Shown here: positions 34,001 through 36,434 of the stretch, in pieces | How positions within the stretch are numbered: position 1 is the first letter of the stretch | Layout: the number at the start of each line of letters is the position of its first letter | Assembly: GCA_049643885.1 (NCBI GenBank) | Contig: JBARQV010000020.1 | Location: 10,670 to 74,669 of the forward strand | Reading direction: 5' to 3' | DNA length: 64,000 nucleotides | Source of the DNA: Candidatus Omnitrophota bacterium | GTDB lineage: Bacteria; Omnitrophota; Gorgyraeia; Tantalellales; Tantalellaceae | Notes under the pieces: generated by a model | The model's input: the letters and a program-made list of their open reading frames with translations, nothing else | The model's database searches: none | What the model was told of the DNA's origin: nothing | Translations under genes and position numbers: made by a program

Positions 34001-35367
34001 TAATGAGGCCCGCAGGGGTCCCCAGGATGAAGCCGGTCGTAGTCAGTGACAGTCTTGAGATCGCGGAAGAAAGGAAGATTGCCACGGTCGGAATATTGGA
34101 TGTTGCCGATGAGGCATTGGCGGGATTCGGAGAGAAATATCTGGATATCAAGTTCATGCGGGTAACCAGTATGGAAGACCTGGAAAATGCGGAGGGTCCG
34201 CAGGTCCGTGTCTTCCTGGATCTCAGGGAAGGAATACCCATACAGGAAGCTGTCAAGATAGTGAGAGTCCAGTCTTTTGCCTTGAGATATCCGGGCCTGG
34301 CAAGACTGAACGAAGGTAGTATAGAAAAGCTCAAGACGGCTGCTTTAAGCGGGGCGGCTGAGATAATTTCGCAGAACATACCGAATGAAGTAAGGGAAAG
34401 CATTGATGATCTCTTTAGTGCCGGTTATATGGCCGGGGTAGCGCCCGAGAGAGAGCCGGCGGACGCTGAGGGGTGGACAAAAGAGAGCATAGTCGCGTTT
34501 AATGAGTTTTTGGAAGCGAGAGCGCAGGCGATAAAGACCGGCAAACCTGTCGATAGGGGTCCGGTTGAGAAAGTCATGGGCTACTTTGCCGGTATGGTCG
34601 ATTTTATGCGAGGGAAGAGTGACGAGGTAAAAAGAGATATACTTGTAGAGCATGAGGGTGTCGCAAAGGCGCAGAATGTTGAAGCGGCGGTAATGGGGAT
34701 ATTCAGGGAATTCAGAAGAGGTGAACTCTTGCCCAAGACACCGCAGGCGATAGTTATTGACGCGAGAAACACGGAAGAATCAGGGTTTGACCTTAAAGCG
34801 ATGCGTCCCGCTCTTGAAGCCTTTGCCGCCGATAAGCTGATAAAGGTGTGCGTGATCACGCGAGACGCCGTCCCGCCTGCCGAGATAAGAGAGCTTGCCG
34901 CAAAAGGTATTGTTACGCATATTGTCGCCGGTGAAGATGTTGCAATGCAGGGAATAGTGCAGGAAGTCCAAAACCGTCATAAGGAAGTGGCGACCGCGGA
35001 TATTGCCGTAACCGCGGGAGAGTATCTAACGAAAGATATGACGGATTATATAGGTGAAAACCTGATGGAAAGTACCAGTTTCGTTGTAGTGGGCCGGGGA
35101 GTGGTTCCTGTTGATGCCGCAGGAAGGAGAATAAACCGCCTGATACCGTCGATGGCGGCAATGAACATCCTTAACAGGGCCAGGGATATAAATAAACGTC
35201 CCAGTGTTATGACGGTCGGCTGTTCGGAAGAGAACGAAACCGCGATATCCAACGTGCGGGAGGTGCTGGGCCGCATATTTGAACTCATAAAGATCAAGGC
35301 CATTGATATAAGCCGCGAGATCACATCGCGCATCGAAGCTCTCAGCGAAGTCGCGAGGGCACTGTAA
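7096..35367 (+). CDS. Giant multidomain membrane protein, 9423 aa. Contains signal/anchor, TraB/GumN/TIKI-like N-domain, charged coiled-coil/SAH tracts, SecA-like DEAD motor, multi-TM clusters and a TPR-rich C-terminal third
   Basis: Single uninterrupted ORF from ATG to TAA in the supplied table. Only short antisense ORFs on the other strand. Followed by an intrinsic terminator. Confidence 0.9.
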   Translation: MKYLSQNATERRDPMGGKEMLANKAFRSPKARPWMKTISCVIILTFLFQQVVFGQEITPAAPAEKPIVVNGRIDLRQVSLPRDIAITKEVSMAKSEEIIIDIKDAHDNFGAQESIVAALENLLINYDVKFIGVEGSEGLIDMGLISSFPDEDIKKETAEYLMRQGKISAGEFFAATSKTPIMLYGIEDTDLYLRNYTDFIALHEKMKSNLKYVDGLRRALYALEDHVFSEELKTLNRSSILSKNGNNRFTRRWEYIENLGKKYGVSIEEYENIRALIHTMVIEDSIDYKAVNAQREKLLDILTKRLPRDQLEELILKSLNFKLGKISKSQFYTHLLFLAKGEELDRETYDSIEVFCDFVNTYESIDIGTLMDEIDEYECKIKDKLFTGEEDRELTHLLKNVEILHNLYQVRLTSGQLKYFRENKEDFSSEIFLDFIKDTYQKYGMRVPENLRRNTYKLFEMLPQGIDFYEAATKRNRAMVDNTIKQMRENGVTVGAIVTGGFHTRGISEVLKSDEVSYLILLPRFNARNNKRPYITVLTNKAAEYKHYVESGRYLAASSYFSMMQGILEGSGQEDTARKTRLEALAVMIGLYSQGRRERGTFSQRILNNMKERLMDQFKAGQEQKLKAGQITQGQYESLVNEMETLLDNTFVTWKGEVPQVFIKSTEGNFMYAVEAEKVEGETKPVVMLAAYDGISGKKIESVKLESQIMEAELAAGEAIDMGKELLARVQKLKNEQFLKRFGIEAKAQLEIEILKGKLADAEDLQEWLETKLTKMANAMRVDKGQVEAEAQKIISSRVEELTATLARAREGEVSPAKRVGEAVATRKAADDLEKEVRASKEFQDLVAKAEEQKPSDMMGSIKVVKHDFKGTGVAAFNYREGERTGILKEGRTLVVALNQSYIDEAVKMLEAAGITEITVTVVERRRKKEVKMSVREALEQELIDHEKKEDHWVAKRKVGERRGHILASAETALTWRAKELGGLSLFHYIELKMMGFEQLEALAREDRTDQHKILKSAKMDQAIGYEENMQKAAREEAERKMSPEVKKKREDAAVLAKKDAVDKVRGVFVSIHTQVQAELSKVQGLIDSGKLDDAASLMKKIYSRLEDQIKAATGKVGKTSPEMLNEKAVQEALEMAELAPNALNRELLRSLMNRDAGAFLTALGNAQKGLDLDGRPIKTTADAERAMQEAKRRQEAAYGSWLAAGYEDLAFQYMRRAGDRYKDRVMIESLGREIKINTGFLLFDLIDAVNGYRQGKVNANVIMLLTQLYQVSLDANAEAKGTKAAKWADHLMSGLKNAQERAKDPKDPLLEQRKDKVRNLDIGSFMGEIGGIIKVARGEKAKAVEKAPAAPAAAAEIETTSSEFASNVMKAVQARLDAIVGKGKIAAKVREYIARNYVKVLGRRYKAISADRIVPAINILMRNEAEVIKMLEEAQTRVLEALHEEAVKFYDEKIAIHVSKAKTAADYLQEEGLYSQLRTKMQAAIEVRKKGAEAGVILRESGIIEKMDSLETDGIKMADDGITTAQKRRAKLAEAEAKKKVAPAAPVAAKAEADRRAAEAKAEADRKAAEAKAKAEADRRAVEAKAEADRQAAEAKAEADRKAAEAKAEADRKAAEAEAKAEADRRAAEAKAEADRKAAEAKAEADRRAAEAKTEAERRAEAEAEARREAEDAEARREAEDAEARREAEDAEARRDAAEAAARARAEDDEWVAAEQEIKDLKARIEETRADAKAAREKAEQLQADTGVAISPEMRDAARDAKARLDAVQKDLDEAEAAREEAAKEVDDLKEKADDLAKKAEEAEKAPATPAAVVGKAISPEVQKVLDEGGVERFIEKRLGIISRNETANAILMLEEFCNSLIEKGIDPASVFDAKQLSDFKANMANGIALFSQIATNKQMKATDFAKQLDALIIDKTSPIASSYYELFAKYINMAEPTSAGREARAGKVKEAFAMAMAGFIRSGLVNAIDAIEKGPAAEAAPAVSVADLKAELEKAKKELAAAEKKLTEQQGKKSEKEDARSQAAAAVAEAEAKLEKALAQAPAEEMPEQARELRKRAEGAEAQAGNLQEKLNAAMARVERMAQARADRAATYEGAREAARESASRDAKREAEREKRKEARATAEKRLEEKEEADREVENLSEEFKNAKQKLIEAEWTEMVAEKKAEDTEFKDALEQAAARAEKPKTDKEVKVAEAVNVFDEIESSQKEAEQAQREEKDAQERLDQWKNIASDVKARVEISEELQKDEAKRLEADSAREKMKEAQDRVASREAGIKSVEDAADLMEIDVKKQAEKVADADIKRLQGELAFADEELENSEEALKKVRQRLQSEDEIEKDAKGRLTSDAAAKVLRLEDALARKKAEINNKVALGLGEWGKLGLNTGDPKLNAERKAAKAKAEAARDALEEALEKALGKAREEVKKEYRKEIETLTEEIGSRKEEKISLAADIKGLQEGKKDGSIAEKALDKRDKDDPDGRTFREQIEMQRRQAELDRKDLEAEKNKLEEAEEAYYKVVDGIEVEVDEEIGRLSIRQANEKLAEAEESARLAREKREGLDKHLQEVTEKAAAAAVAAGLQIVGGRLVSQELIKVRRQYEIAQKIKARREGRVSELEKKLAEAEKASREAEAEIAKAEEAAPEERAPPEAKEAEAPPEAKEEAPPEVKEEAPAPEDATARARARIDKILAESTRAEAISLLIVLSRSDDAIEAKLAREALGNLLEGKDKLSGDVNNLLTTSEGREELLVIYNRLRGQTLDPEISAEELAKVQESIKIIEAILWSALLKTADPAVTEGAIDVSRRHIEAVSALLQSRIKRLGAELDDLLAMGDQKNPIDLLRQISEARRIEKELKACETAIKDINDRRISLMSDTQVQLRDEDGKFILEDVYKKIDEREIELKLAKDKLTRLKSRNSYFLMTIKWGSKETKKTLEDKKPLEAEGPDGRTYYVNASTGQADRYSQEIVDEASKLRDEVLGMREIAKAVVKKMAWWRWGSLVALVTGKKAKIRNELKDRLQEWALLLMELLPKEQADRFKDELKIIGEYNEKEKTFTIHEGFDFKNAVDIIDYLAKVSMVTVGMKTEERTEEGVTRKFYSFDDTAVSLGTVDKVSKEVGSVMHKLNQILNPEPVSDEVDKVSDEQKKKAQEKATKGFSDLLVRIDEAFGGRLDAAKKQNLVDAKKLIGEILEEVEKKVSRSGVIMTKTLQLIKLLDNVVYGNSIGKIKEFLEVQLGVDKIIEEKDIDDIMRGLGVDDKAEIDQCVKHVLEKVDNTKRRERLAEYIVKFMLTGHIKPEKMEFFNVSPAERQGLIDEISVGIELSEMIRERKEEIAEELKKRKQRFSDPNNKDNELVYEFVALYQMSALLMKGESPFIEQVLTGLFMADSFFVDMATGAGKTLSFPLANMLTRCNSDGGKHPEGLKSMHLVTHGYYTERDFRETHFIYKMMGYKVAYLTDEDRELEAAHKSLGDNDVVITSYSALSFLCLEAGKMDNPKSKDWFELLQKTRLTFDECDVAPRLADFITAAMQNKLSLKEYMKLHVLFKTAEKLHEKGGISAIYSLFEDNIVGVLDKQDRANLDKLRKMLGFEEEPDQVEINDKGNIVIEGKEYTKKQLKKAKQIAVQGSKFLVKHSDQKGFVFTRMEYTAPVDLDPRKVKKRMEDTGKTEEEVEEELRKEALGASGAKIDLVSRSAYGNESTKDMVAGIMRSITFGLTSTLGKEVIEDTPTWQEFLDVVKVLYVDEENVDYRLKYQEKDEVPAISVREVDGEAVVFKGEQIVEPAFNVERRADGSVRIGDETASYVISDQFFKQRKTDDERVIFLGGKRYRVSKGKKGGYELQEVAMEIVLLDEQTKREQGKQRKDTFHTLYEMKHHLKRDRPDTPEIRGDNKSSDQWNIANVVDKAHSLGGASGSVKDAARVMLGFFGKKCKPRIKKLPPPIAKKGAHRQGIFVPSDKRLWQVTLNRIKQIYTLSPGASMIIYFDDIGQAKEFEKELNKIVDNEEFEKLAGGKVNVNVFDDEGQKEIDLVEQAGKRNTITLADSKLGRATNVRLAEIVGFNPANSSKALREYLMRTLIDEPVSRGEVLSDEEKQKTLKTIDHYVKEFVGVLAGVYQEDGKDNVGLFYETDVASREVKRRKVEDFLRKIGVGEESEVWDIVRRKYIDGLFLIDLSPDGNLQAKEQKFGRNMRAGDTGYVDPIYSLQEESKFYTMVMKLYDKDYNQQWGPIRRWWNGRIFTEFQRNVERLKALEEKMYDENGHRRADVTENDLNEWVELQRYFSDLLLKVRVEWQRRADNAAIREVNNKRKMREELEKVSLMLPEFYKAVEVDPTVADDLVIKRLERLFDKYFDLERMDKESGVIDLKDLIGTIEQEFKLRLKLSEKRNQITLNPTNDQEARDELRWRRDMYMAIFLKAIGSLGSVRMSPREETVLQAGRDAFHLEIDEKGVLSLKSLVRNQPDGSKAEFKAEELPDGSVIIAGKEYDVVREPGSVKLVDPETEQIQWEFNIKAGINAAGRRFFAVTLAGAYLEAIKEVYKNGFEALKSKIIREFRTYGKIVKVDTSENGLADSAEEQALESYKDRVAGTATYDTEASLAVIDEAAEDIDKGLEEVGDRLAKERQKDEDQGDKRLENERGWVPLKQEASSRKAAKKVERKVRAPHEHEMGLEIPAQIVASRERNTDEDWHTSEVDLDEEFEEMEVEGERPSVAADDVSVAVVEKDLARKAGKDDTARKDREKESVAAHRRRIVDEGVIDVKHAEGAVVATNKGEVRPVSEAEVIQGADIIAGTTPAKPPEQVLSEGGVVVFTSEMAWNELGEAGQKELIGELRERFPGMYVTFEGCAPRGGALGTEEGRVNITGLRVFHPSAVKALEKEKASFEDEAFKKAKAGAERRGEAFTADEGGDVVSQEKLEGALGISPKKGEKISIRRVGDSFFLVADTKDGIVVRSLGGDVYGQTRLAIVRANEKLSAKDEESGKKGIQEGEYVLDKDGIYSRSTGVPGEYVVKFDNIITDNVPEKEVIERLPMPLKEAPGPAILTGGVIGIPRYLGTSILSLLRGLRDSIGDAWDWLIERHQLVQSRFVTSWRNVSGIGSGLIFGLWLLRRALGIPMDILKFIFHDTKRRFAVLGEWINARYNRAMSEMEQRWKREDPKYQLRVYRLEAVAKDKDASWASKALANVRLWWLGRRLGRWKGTGWHIALRAYQGALLAARAAQGVLWLGKKAVQLVTYGWFYWPWSALDKRLKARRARREVEPKPEEVVNIRLPDTLRTPGKPSEKAEEITDLAESLTGERLSGVEKTGLLDKLREYLEAEGEYRYALGFGDVGGIANILADMYFYEVNKKPEHKDSAARLGRTLFGLHEKEAKAAKEDEKNEIQKKKAERARILAQNYIALASALDKKDIDVKTLRAVTLYAAGDKEGAKKILDKIKLGNIPDRDVRRMAYATMAKMLEDEKDYNRAAGMIQKAKGLTEEDKVTVAGEEIELSVKKQGELKKQASEKKEEKVSLLNRVKRLLFPEAGASKKQKAIGFGIFVGLFLLAILAPQFLPLVYLGFTAPPVVTGIWSLVAISAPVFYNKLLVQLAMWVFKYAASRVRNWTTNNFTLGRMLAREISAQKRAPEKAEPRIKLVKAYEEAGEQKKAEKLIKKTMRMIRKDRMSPEEAAKFIEYLLEKGKVDEAKELFIRIYPRVPVDKVPVPLLILRAKMALRDEPLDPVKMAGEPEDPIEIAAASADGVLSREPENAEALLLKGEALAKRFEKEEKKDKKTPGEFNDILAKLTELTERGLLTPEQERRASEMEIAKAVKPEDSDRAVWKKAKETKVGEAVPEKPKMAEEPAKPETHKPAMEDLEKLKKEKKLSPSDRLALAVLYMENKDWRKALNLLRAMPQDAPEKAEALKRMAMCCYRMLEDPKWWYLTLITRLRMTSAINGLRSIKGQEEWADWIESTIKGFDISKAKAASEKISYTPKPEDKELTGEQGLNNELFTLGVERAIASKKDEIDTVNWVGGILSEAQIPEAEKGKMRANLDKKKSAAASKELLRDIQKEKKAKYVMVSDLRKLRNRKRRALSADEKMSLGRQIEETEKDISDKRARILKMYTELINQNAGRPEVIEQVRREMASEIGEIAGMMKKEEDFTPERFTSIILSLDDRVLVEDLSEGGRDAYALFLENWTEYMGQKLGMSYEKDKVPAELEVGKMDVFTQQVTMLLLMYPGADENLKRQIEKILKEISGFKLFGNWDKEEKEYTRKPIFDVIASMIRRKDIPSLRFLWAGLQIAEAGKISKDDLKENLKDRADAALLLNAPLTSLKSKVVDPKQDVREKAFNLLLSIVNFWFGDGADRAVDELLAEIISKETLTPDDISRIQRVLAQVRLMPVMYDNQRQFIEYLVGLKEVPLNKKLEAIDKCGLSPREKLEVLISLMEKEKFTGDDLYIALDNLKKRTGEVEPQDLKDLENSLTRLLEALPPDRDALVKGIEVINVISSKATKEIPIAHKGVFETLRPRLEKVMLEEMKKSEKAEVGLMLEEIERQEAIAARLGEMGEYGQAQKILEKAIERLNDVLKKNMELARKGEELYAKDQVLRLVDKVNVLTGKVTEFYRRQGKHYEAEILVVRGYRLLAEYGIIVEGLADVSEYTQKAEEALVNANMLNPYQPEVALEMMRIKALSLRVARRELEESEKSVKEDEEKKEEMDSQIAALDEEINKAKSDLDRKRRIRDAEFALREAQAIAGDERAEQNIRRQELEKEMEPIKVPEDKKRALERDRADVEARLDKARKKRDALKSREVHILTYENAPIEEGAEWAFTVLSRSGYDREKAEVKEAIGFLASLPAGYDGRILSGIGLMRTRAGALSGKDRHQRDAFIDNLILDIYFRGDKTKMLEAIDSIVKAAEEGKTEINIFGGDFNVNFVLGYIVNKMNQVIKEAPEEEKQKLQNELIIKLIDALKRIRRLDMPFLEADLFSKVYTQLEAEKDEDLKKADQWDMMLRSLQLLLQKKGLPGDIRTDNDLMELIIAMFDKLRKDKKEWDKLGERDKTVLVMDFNIERESAPGEIESIVEERKDTARLPMYRRLASSGDIEERKAGIMALAEMEMKKRDPDYDLVRDLAEELAELDSKETKAKWYLAFAYFRGGNRLTSDGKEVAGYSREKAKKLMDEYLKTPEPAEEARRLMGDIYKVEQNDRFGTNVNSEGNNPEAYKYYMGAVEHLVKRYREERAKGNDKKASMYLIEAIGNLDMAVTTNPRSGAVRVKRSRLLMDMGENDLASMDIETVTRIRDLKPEERLFGLIVTEEDFKEADLIQADLEGNNEKAIDILKPKGWFAFLRRVPARVAARLSERYGRLGEKKLADKYRKLALKAVEKRKEEIDTDILDTMAARREAEGTYESLTEAISLREMRKGRPGVNDETENKRIAGLKIKLARVEGPISFWKRIRSAARQKAAQEGRDERRKLLKEAREADAERAAEIDVAFMNINYEELDHLEDLQEQYENYAKKARFMKFISRKREDVMDKILELRADNTELVYAKFERNEVPIGDVEVFLENLEEYALIKGRSVPDKYKKVRANALVQRGNLAFKAGRYAEARDLYNEAIAEDPANSKAHFGKYQVSKTLSDNWTNLTFTEQAAEALKQALKLDPSLDGAELQYSGELIGIYLDQLGDAASADEVRQAMLARALKEEVEPSKTVISREKDKASALDAMVREQMEYDELNKRIKEKEKELEAITKGDKDKKGERPDYVRLEESIKIDKTVRDKKEASLESNRGAFERLAGDMKMFNQVIGNARGMPADEGIAYLEAFYYLLGINRLLEDRNIRDRIDLALAEAYNKKGGFGEAREKVDLLINTTDIQSIISSIVSDDIPVPEGSHLKLVIEALILRAGLSLKTDKPERFMSAVSDMNSAVQIIAIYNLIYGTKLSVGEAYARFNDILTEARKADVSIADNTDMKRNIFGIFMALARLGDDGNAASNVMQVALSRPGDRDSGSFIVAMLDDKGVSDMMKENMIKGLIDDTVKEEEKKAWVRSIERMQDVLGSLKESYNKGVKAAAMMVLGLIETSRRRARQLFKKATALQEELKEVIRRGRTAEFYRKRAEKAFRERKYKRAIANYEKAVSMDPALKKDAVLMLDLTRSYQGEAGRYKRARNRRRNLPKQMEMLQKALETAPDNEKAGIRSELIASLRESAGIRMNRYRSARPSRKRRAFPALRKQISELNYQIGSLHRENGETKEAEDAFRLASKYDPQNAKARTALAEMVKEKEEKAEAGMTGVELLVKSMQKRREGDHKKAIALLEEAVKRDKELEDTVKPDKEAIDSVDRGIDRILDHEIFKKLTGEMAKAEVEGKDDKYKEKLLDKWMNELSDASKKRVSARRAILDRHFMDKEGDRSDEEKRKRFFDIGMDLFREVGETEPSVPADRDSFFNRALVVAQELLEQGKLRKAYYLADFVMRRDPDAKRRGRAAFLKASSYIKSGDDKEGKNLEEAEKYYDEITDKKMRSEIALGIANMYAGRSGDPDLLKAEQAVLRGDAINYYRRAIEDDPSNIAALDAFMAFYGRDKADEIFADKNLERLKNALKTAVDMAFLSSVARAALSGAPSPEKLGTLRDILDRIRALLTEPDIEERPSDAAIIDFLRSLTNLLKDTKARVSDKEGIAEVDKIIDAMSDIRSSIEKDDVYRENTGINNVFTLLNAHLYMYSGRDGSAEIEKVTVQTDDDRAEVIFARLRGMLAPDKPDIQGAELALKRLTKADPEATPRARRQIAEALFIVATKTKDISDTDKAEYLERALQLWPEFKDAHREFAGLFAKTGNTEREAYHRGQVKAIGDRIIMPLAIEPSGIGKELLKHGVKAPLLERSLYFAVPLLAVFLAGGIATWGLGAFGFFLLPLGPVFNTGFALGAAVFIPSFVKAHKEGKPAAMAVSITSVALPLLFSLSPLVYIALAIAAHSAVNLIIFGINRYAGEKVLSYASAERIISRETGFPQEIMRPAGVPRMKPVVVSDSLEIAEERKIATVGILDVADEALAGFGEKYLDIKFMRVTSMEDLENAEGPQVRVFLDLREGIPIQEAVKIVRVQSFALRYPGLARLNEGSIEKLKTAALSGAAEIISQNIPNEVRESIDDLFSAGYMAGVAPEREPADAEGWTKESIVAFNEFLEARAQAIKTGKPVDRGPVEKVMGYFAGMVDFMRGKSDEVKRDILVEHEGVAKAQNVEAAVMGIFREFRRGELLPKTPQAIVIDARNTEESGFDLKAMRPALEAFAADKLIKVCVITRDAVPPAEIRELAAKGIVTHIVAGEDVAMQGIVQEVQNRHKEVATADIAVTAGEYLTKDMTDYIGENLMESTSFVVVGRGVVPVDAAGRRINRLIPSMAAMNILNRARDINKRPSVMTVGCSEENETAISNVREVLGRIFELIKIKAIDISREITSRIEALSEVARAL
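7201..7260 (+). other. N-terminal signal peptide or signal-anchor of gene 2 (KARPWMKTISCVIILTFLFQQVVFGQE) after a ~35-aa n-region
   Basis: Basic residues followed by an 18-aa hydrophobic core and a G-Q-E cleavage-like site. Confidence 0.6.
7300..8720 (+). other. TraB/GumN/TIKI-superfamily-like domain (putative metallohydrolase or pheromone-shutdown fold). Paralogous to the gene 3 N-domain
   Basis: N-motif IDIKDAHDNFGAQESIVAALENLLINYDVKFIGVEGSEG and C-motif VGAIVTGGFHTRGISEVLKSDEVSYLIL resemble TraB GTAH..S..V..I...PD.V.VEL and VGAGHL.G..GL...L...G motifs. Confidence 0.5.
11746..12200 (+). repeat. Perfect in-frame tandem repeats: about 10 x 33 bp (AKAEADRKAAE units) then 4 x 27 bp (EARREAEDA). 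Single-alpha-helix / ER-K-like charged spacer
   Basis: Units aaggcagaggcRgatagaMRagcYgcYgaagcY start at 11746, 11779, 11818, 11851, 11884, 11917, 11956, 11989, 12022; 27-bp units run 12091-12198. Confidence 0.9.
15001..15114 (+). repeat. Short 21-27-bp tandem repeats encoding (E)APPEAKE x4, a Pro-rich linker
   Basis: gcccctcctgaagccaaagaa repeated with small variants. Confidence 0.8.
17200..19720 (+). other. Divergent SecA-like DEAD motor ATPase (NBD1, inserted region, NBD2) embedded at about aa 3370-4210 of gene 2
   Basis: Motif I DMATGAGKTL (17255-17278; SecA has MKTGEGKTL). Motif Ia MHLVTHGYYTERDF (SecA VHVVTVNDYLARRD). Motif II LTFDECDV (17611-17628; SecA LVDEVDSIL). Motif III-like FGLTSTLGKE. 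Motif V VEQAGKRNTITLADSKLGRATNVRL (SecA [25 protein letters not shown]). Motif VI GLFLID...QKFGRNMRAGDTGYVDPIYSLQEE (19630-19662; SecA GLHIIGTERHE...[22 protein letters not shown]). Confidence 0.75.
22170..22420 (+). other. Weakly hydrophobic segment, possible 1-2 TM helices (VSGIGSGLIFGLWLLRRALGIP)
   Basis: Hydrophobic stretches judged by eye. Confidence 0.35.
23650..23860 (+). other. Cluster of 2-3 TM helices in gene 2 (AIGFGIFVGLFLLAILAPQFLPLVYLGF...VTGIWSLVAISAPVFY...LLVQLAMWVF)
   Basis: Consecutive hydrophobic segments of at least 18 aa each, separated by short loops. Confidence 0.6.
29700..32700 (+). other. TPR-rich helical-repeat region of gene 2 (e.g. NLAFKAGRYAEARDLYNEAIAEDPANSKAHF; AFRERKYKRAIANYEKAVSMDP; AYYLADFVMRRDPD). 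A further TPR-like stretch lies at about 23000-23500
   Basis: Recurrent 34-aa W-LG-Y / A-F-A-P patterns read from the translation. Confidence 0.6.
33620..33920 (+). other. Cluster of about 4 TM helices near the gene 2 C-terminus (FAVPLLAVFLAGGIATWGLGAFGFFLLPLGPVF...LGAAVFIPSFV...AVSITSVALPLLFSLSPLVYIALAIAAHSAVNLIIFGI)
   Basis: Four hydrophobic segments of at least 18 aa separated by short loops. Confidence 0.65.
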
Positions 35368-35428
35368 TATGTAGTAACACGTCAGCTAACCAAATGCCTA
35401 CCAGCTACAGAGGCAGCTGACGAAAGAA

Positions 35429-35466
35429 GCGGGGAGGGCCGTGTAAGCCCTCCCCGTTTTTTTTAT
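35429..35466 (+). terminator. Rho-independent terminator of giant gene 2: gcggggagggc-cgtgtaa-gccctccccg then T9
   Basis: 11-bp GC-rich perfect stem, 7-nt loop and a 9-nt T-run, 62 nt after the TAA. A second 7-bp hairpin (gtcagct...agctgac) lies just upstream. Confidence 0.75.
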
Positions 35467-35544
35467 ATATAATAGACGTATTAAAGGAATATACACCCTA
35501 TAAGTGGGAAAGCAGTAGTTTGAAGCTAGAAAAGTAGCGGAGTA

Positions 35545-35970
35545 GCTAGGAATTAGAAGATAGAAATTAGTTGGGTCTGAAGCGCACTATAAGGGCCGTT
35601 AGCATCTTAGATAGGGCAAGAAATTGGGCATACAGATTTTCGAACTCGCTTTTACTGATCACGTTGGCTCTGTATAGAACAGTGATTATAGGGATACACT
35701 CGGAAACAGAGCCTTGAGATACTACGAAAGACTGCTTCTTTTCCCGGTTGCTTCTACGACCACTTCCCTCGGCTATATTGCAGGAAATGGACAAAGTCGC
35801 CCGTACAAGGTTATTCCCTATAGATCTTTGTAAATTGTAGGACATCTTGCTGAATATTGGGTATATTGATGAAGCGACATCTAAAGATACCTGGTACACG
35901 GTTAATCCCTCAAAGGCAAATTTCTTCATTGGGCGTCCTCCATACTAATTTCTATCTTCTAATTTCTAGC
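35545..35970. mobile_element. Compact 426-bp cassette bounded by 26-bp inverted repeats (25/26 match) that encodes only a four-helix-bundle protein. IVS-like or miniature insertion element
   Basis: Left arm gctaggaattagaagatagaaattag (35545-35570). Right arm ctaatttctatcttctaatttctagc (35945-35970) is its reverse complement with 1 mismatch. The arms overlap the stop codon and lie 16 bp upstream of the ATG of the enclosed minus-strand gene. Confidence 0.5.
35567..35929 (-). CDS. Four-helix-bundle protein of the TIGR02436 / 23S rRNA intervening-sequence protein family, 120 aa
   Basis: Signature NIAEGSGRRS...QGSVSECIPIITVL...LYAQFLALSKMLTALI matches the family pattern NIAEGxGR...GSxxE. Clean ORF between the inverted repeats. 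Confidence 0.8.
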   Translation of the reverse strand: MKKFAFEGLTVYQVSLDVASSIYPIFSKMSYNLQRSIGNNLVRATLSISCNIAEGSGRRSNREKKQSFVVSQGSVSECIPIITVLYRANVISKSEFENLYAQFLALSKMLTALIVRFRPN

Positions 35971-36068
35971 TTCTCCCTACACTTATAGACAACTCCTTCC
36001 CCTAAATTCTTGTAACTGGACGATTTAAGCCACTTTGTTTAGTTATAAAATAGTTAGTTATAACCATA

Positions 36069-36098
36069 TTGACAAACACTGGTGGGGTGTGGTATGAT
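36069..36098 (+). promoter_or_regulatory. Near-consensus sigma70-type promoter P1: TTGACA, 18-nt spacer, extended -10 TGgTATGAT
   Basis: ttgaca 36069-36074; tg 36090-36091; tatgat 36093-36098. An AT-rich direct repeat (tagttataa x2) sits immediately upstream like an UP element. Confidence 0.5.
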
Positions 36099-36245
36099 GG
36101 TCAGAACGTTAAGGAAGCAGAAAGAAAGCGTCCGTATAATAACAAAAAGTATGCAGTTGTTTTACGAAGGAAAATGCAAGAAATTAGGATTTCAAAAGCT
36201 AGGATATACCTGATGTTAAGGTATAAAATAGGTAGAATGATATCA

Positions 36246-36274
36246 TTGACTTGGGTATGAAAATGTGGTATCAT
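36246..36274 (+). promoter_or_regulatory. Second promoter P2: TTGACT, 17-nt spacer, extended -10 TGgTATCAT. It shares the tgtggtat core with P1
   Basis: ttgact 36246-36251; tg 36266-36267; tatcat 36269-36274. About 160 bp upstream of the gene 3 ATG. Confidence 0.45.
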
Positions 36275-36434
36275 TATATAGTAATTAGACGATAAAAAAG
36301 GCAGTTAGGGTTATTTATCGTCGGGAAAAACGACTTGGCAAAGAAGACTTGGCAGCAGCTTGGTAAATGACTTGGCAGACTTGGCGAAAAAGACTTGGCG
36401 AACAAAAACTTGGCAAAGAGGCTTGGCGAAAAAT

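Noticed and set aside
35545-35970. The four-helix-bundle cassette marking a 23S rRNA gene (a true rRNA intervening sequence)
   Set aside because: There is no rRNA-like sequence on either side. The cassette lies between a protein-gene terminator and promoters.
36069-36260. 63-aa + strand ORF (MTNTGGVWYDG...) between the IVS-like cassette and gene 3
   Set aside because: It starts inside the P1 promoter hexamers, has no SD, and its sequence is not protein-like. The region is better explained as a promoter and leader.
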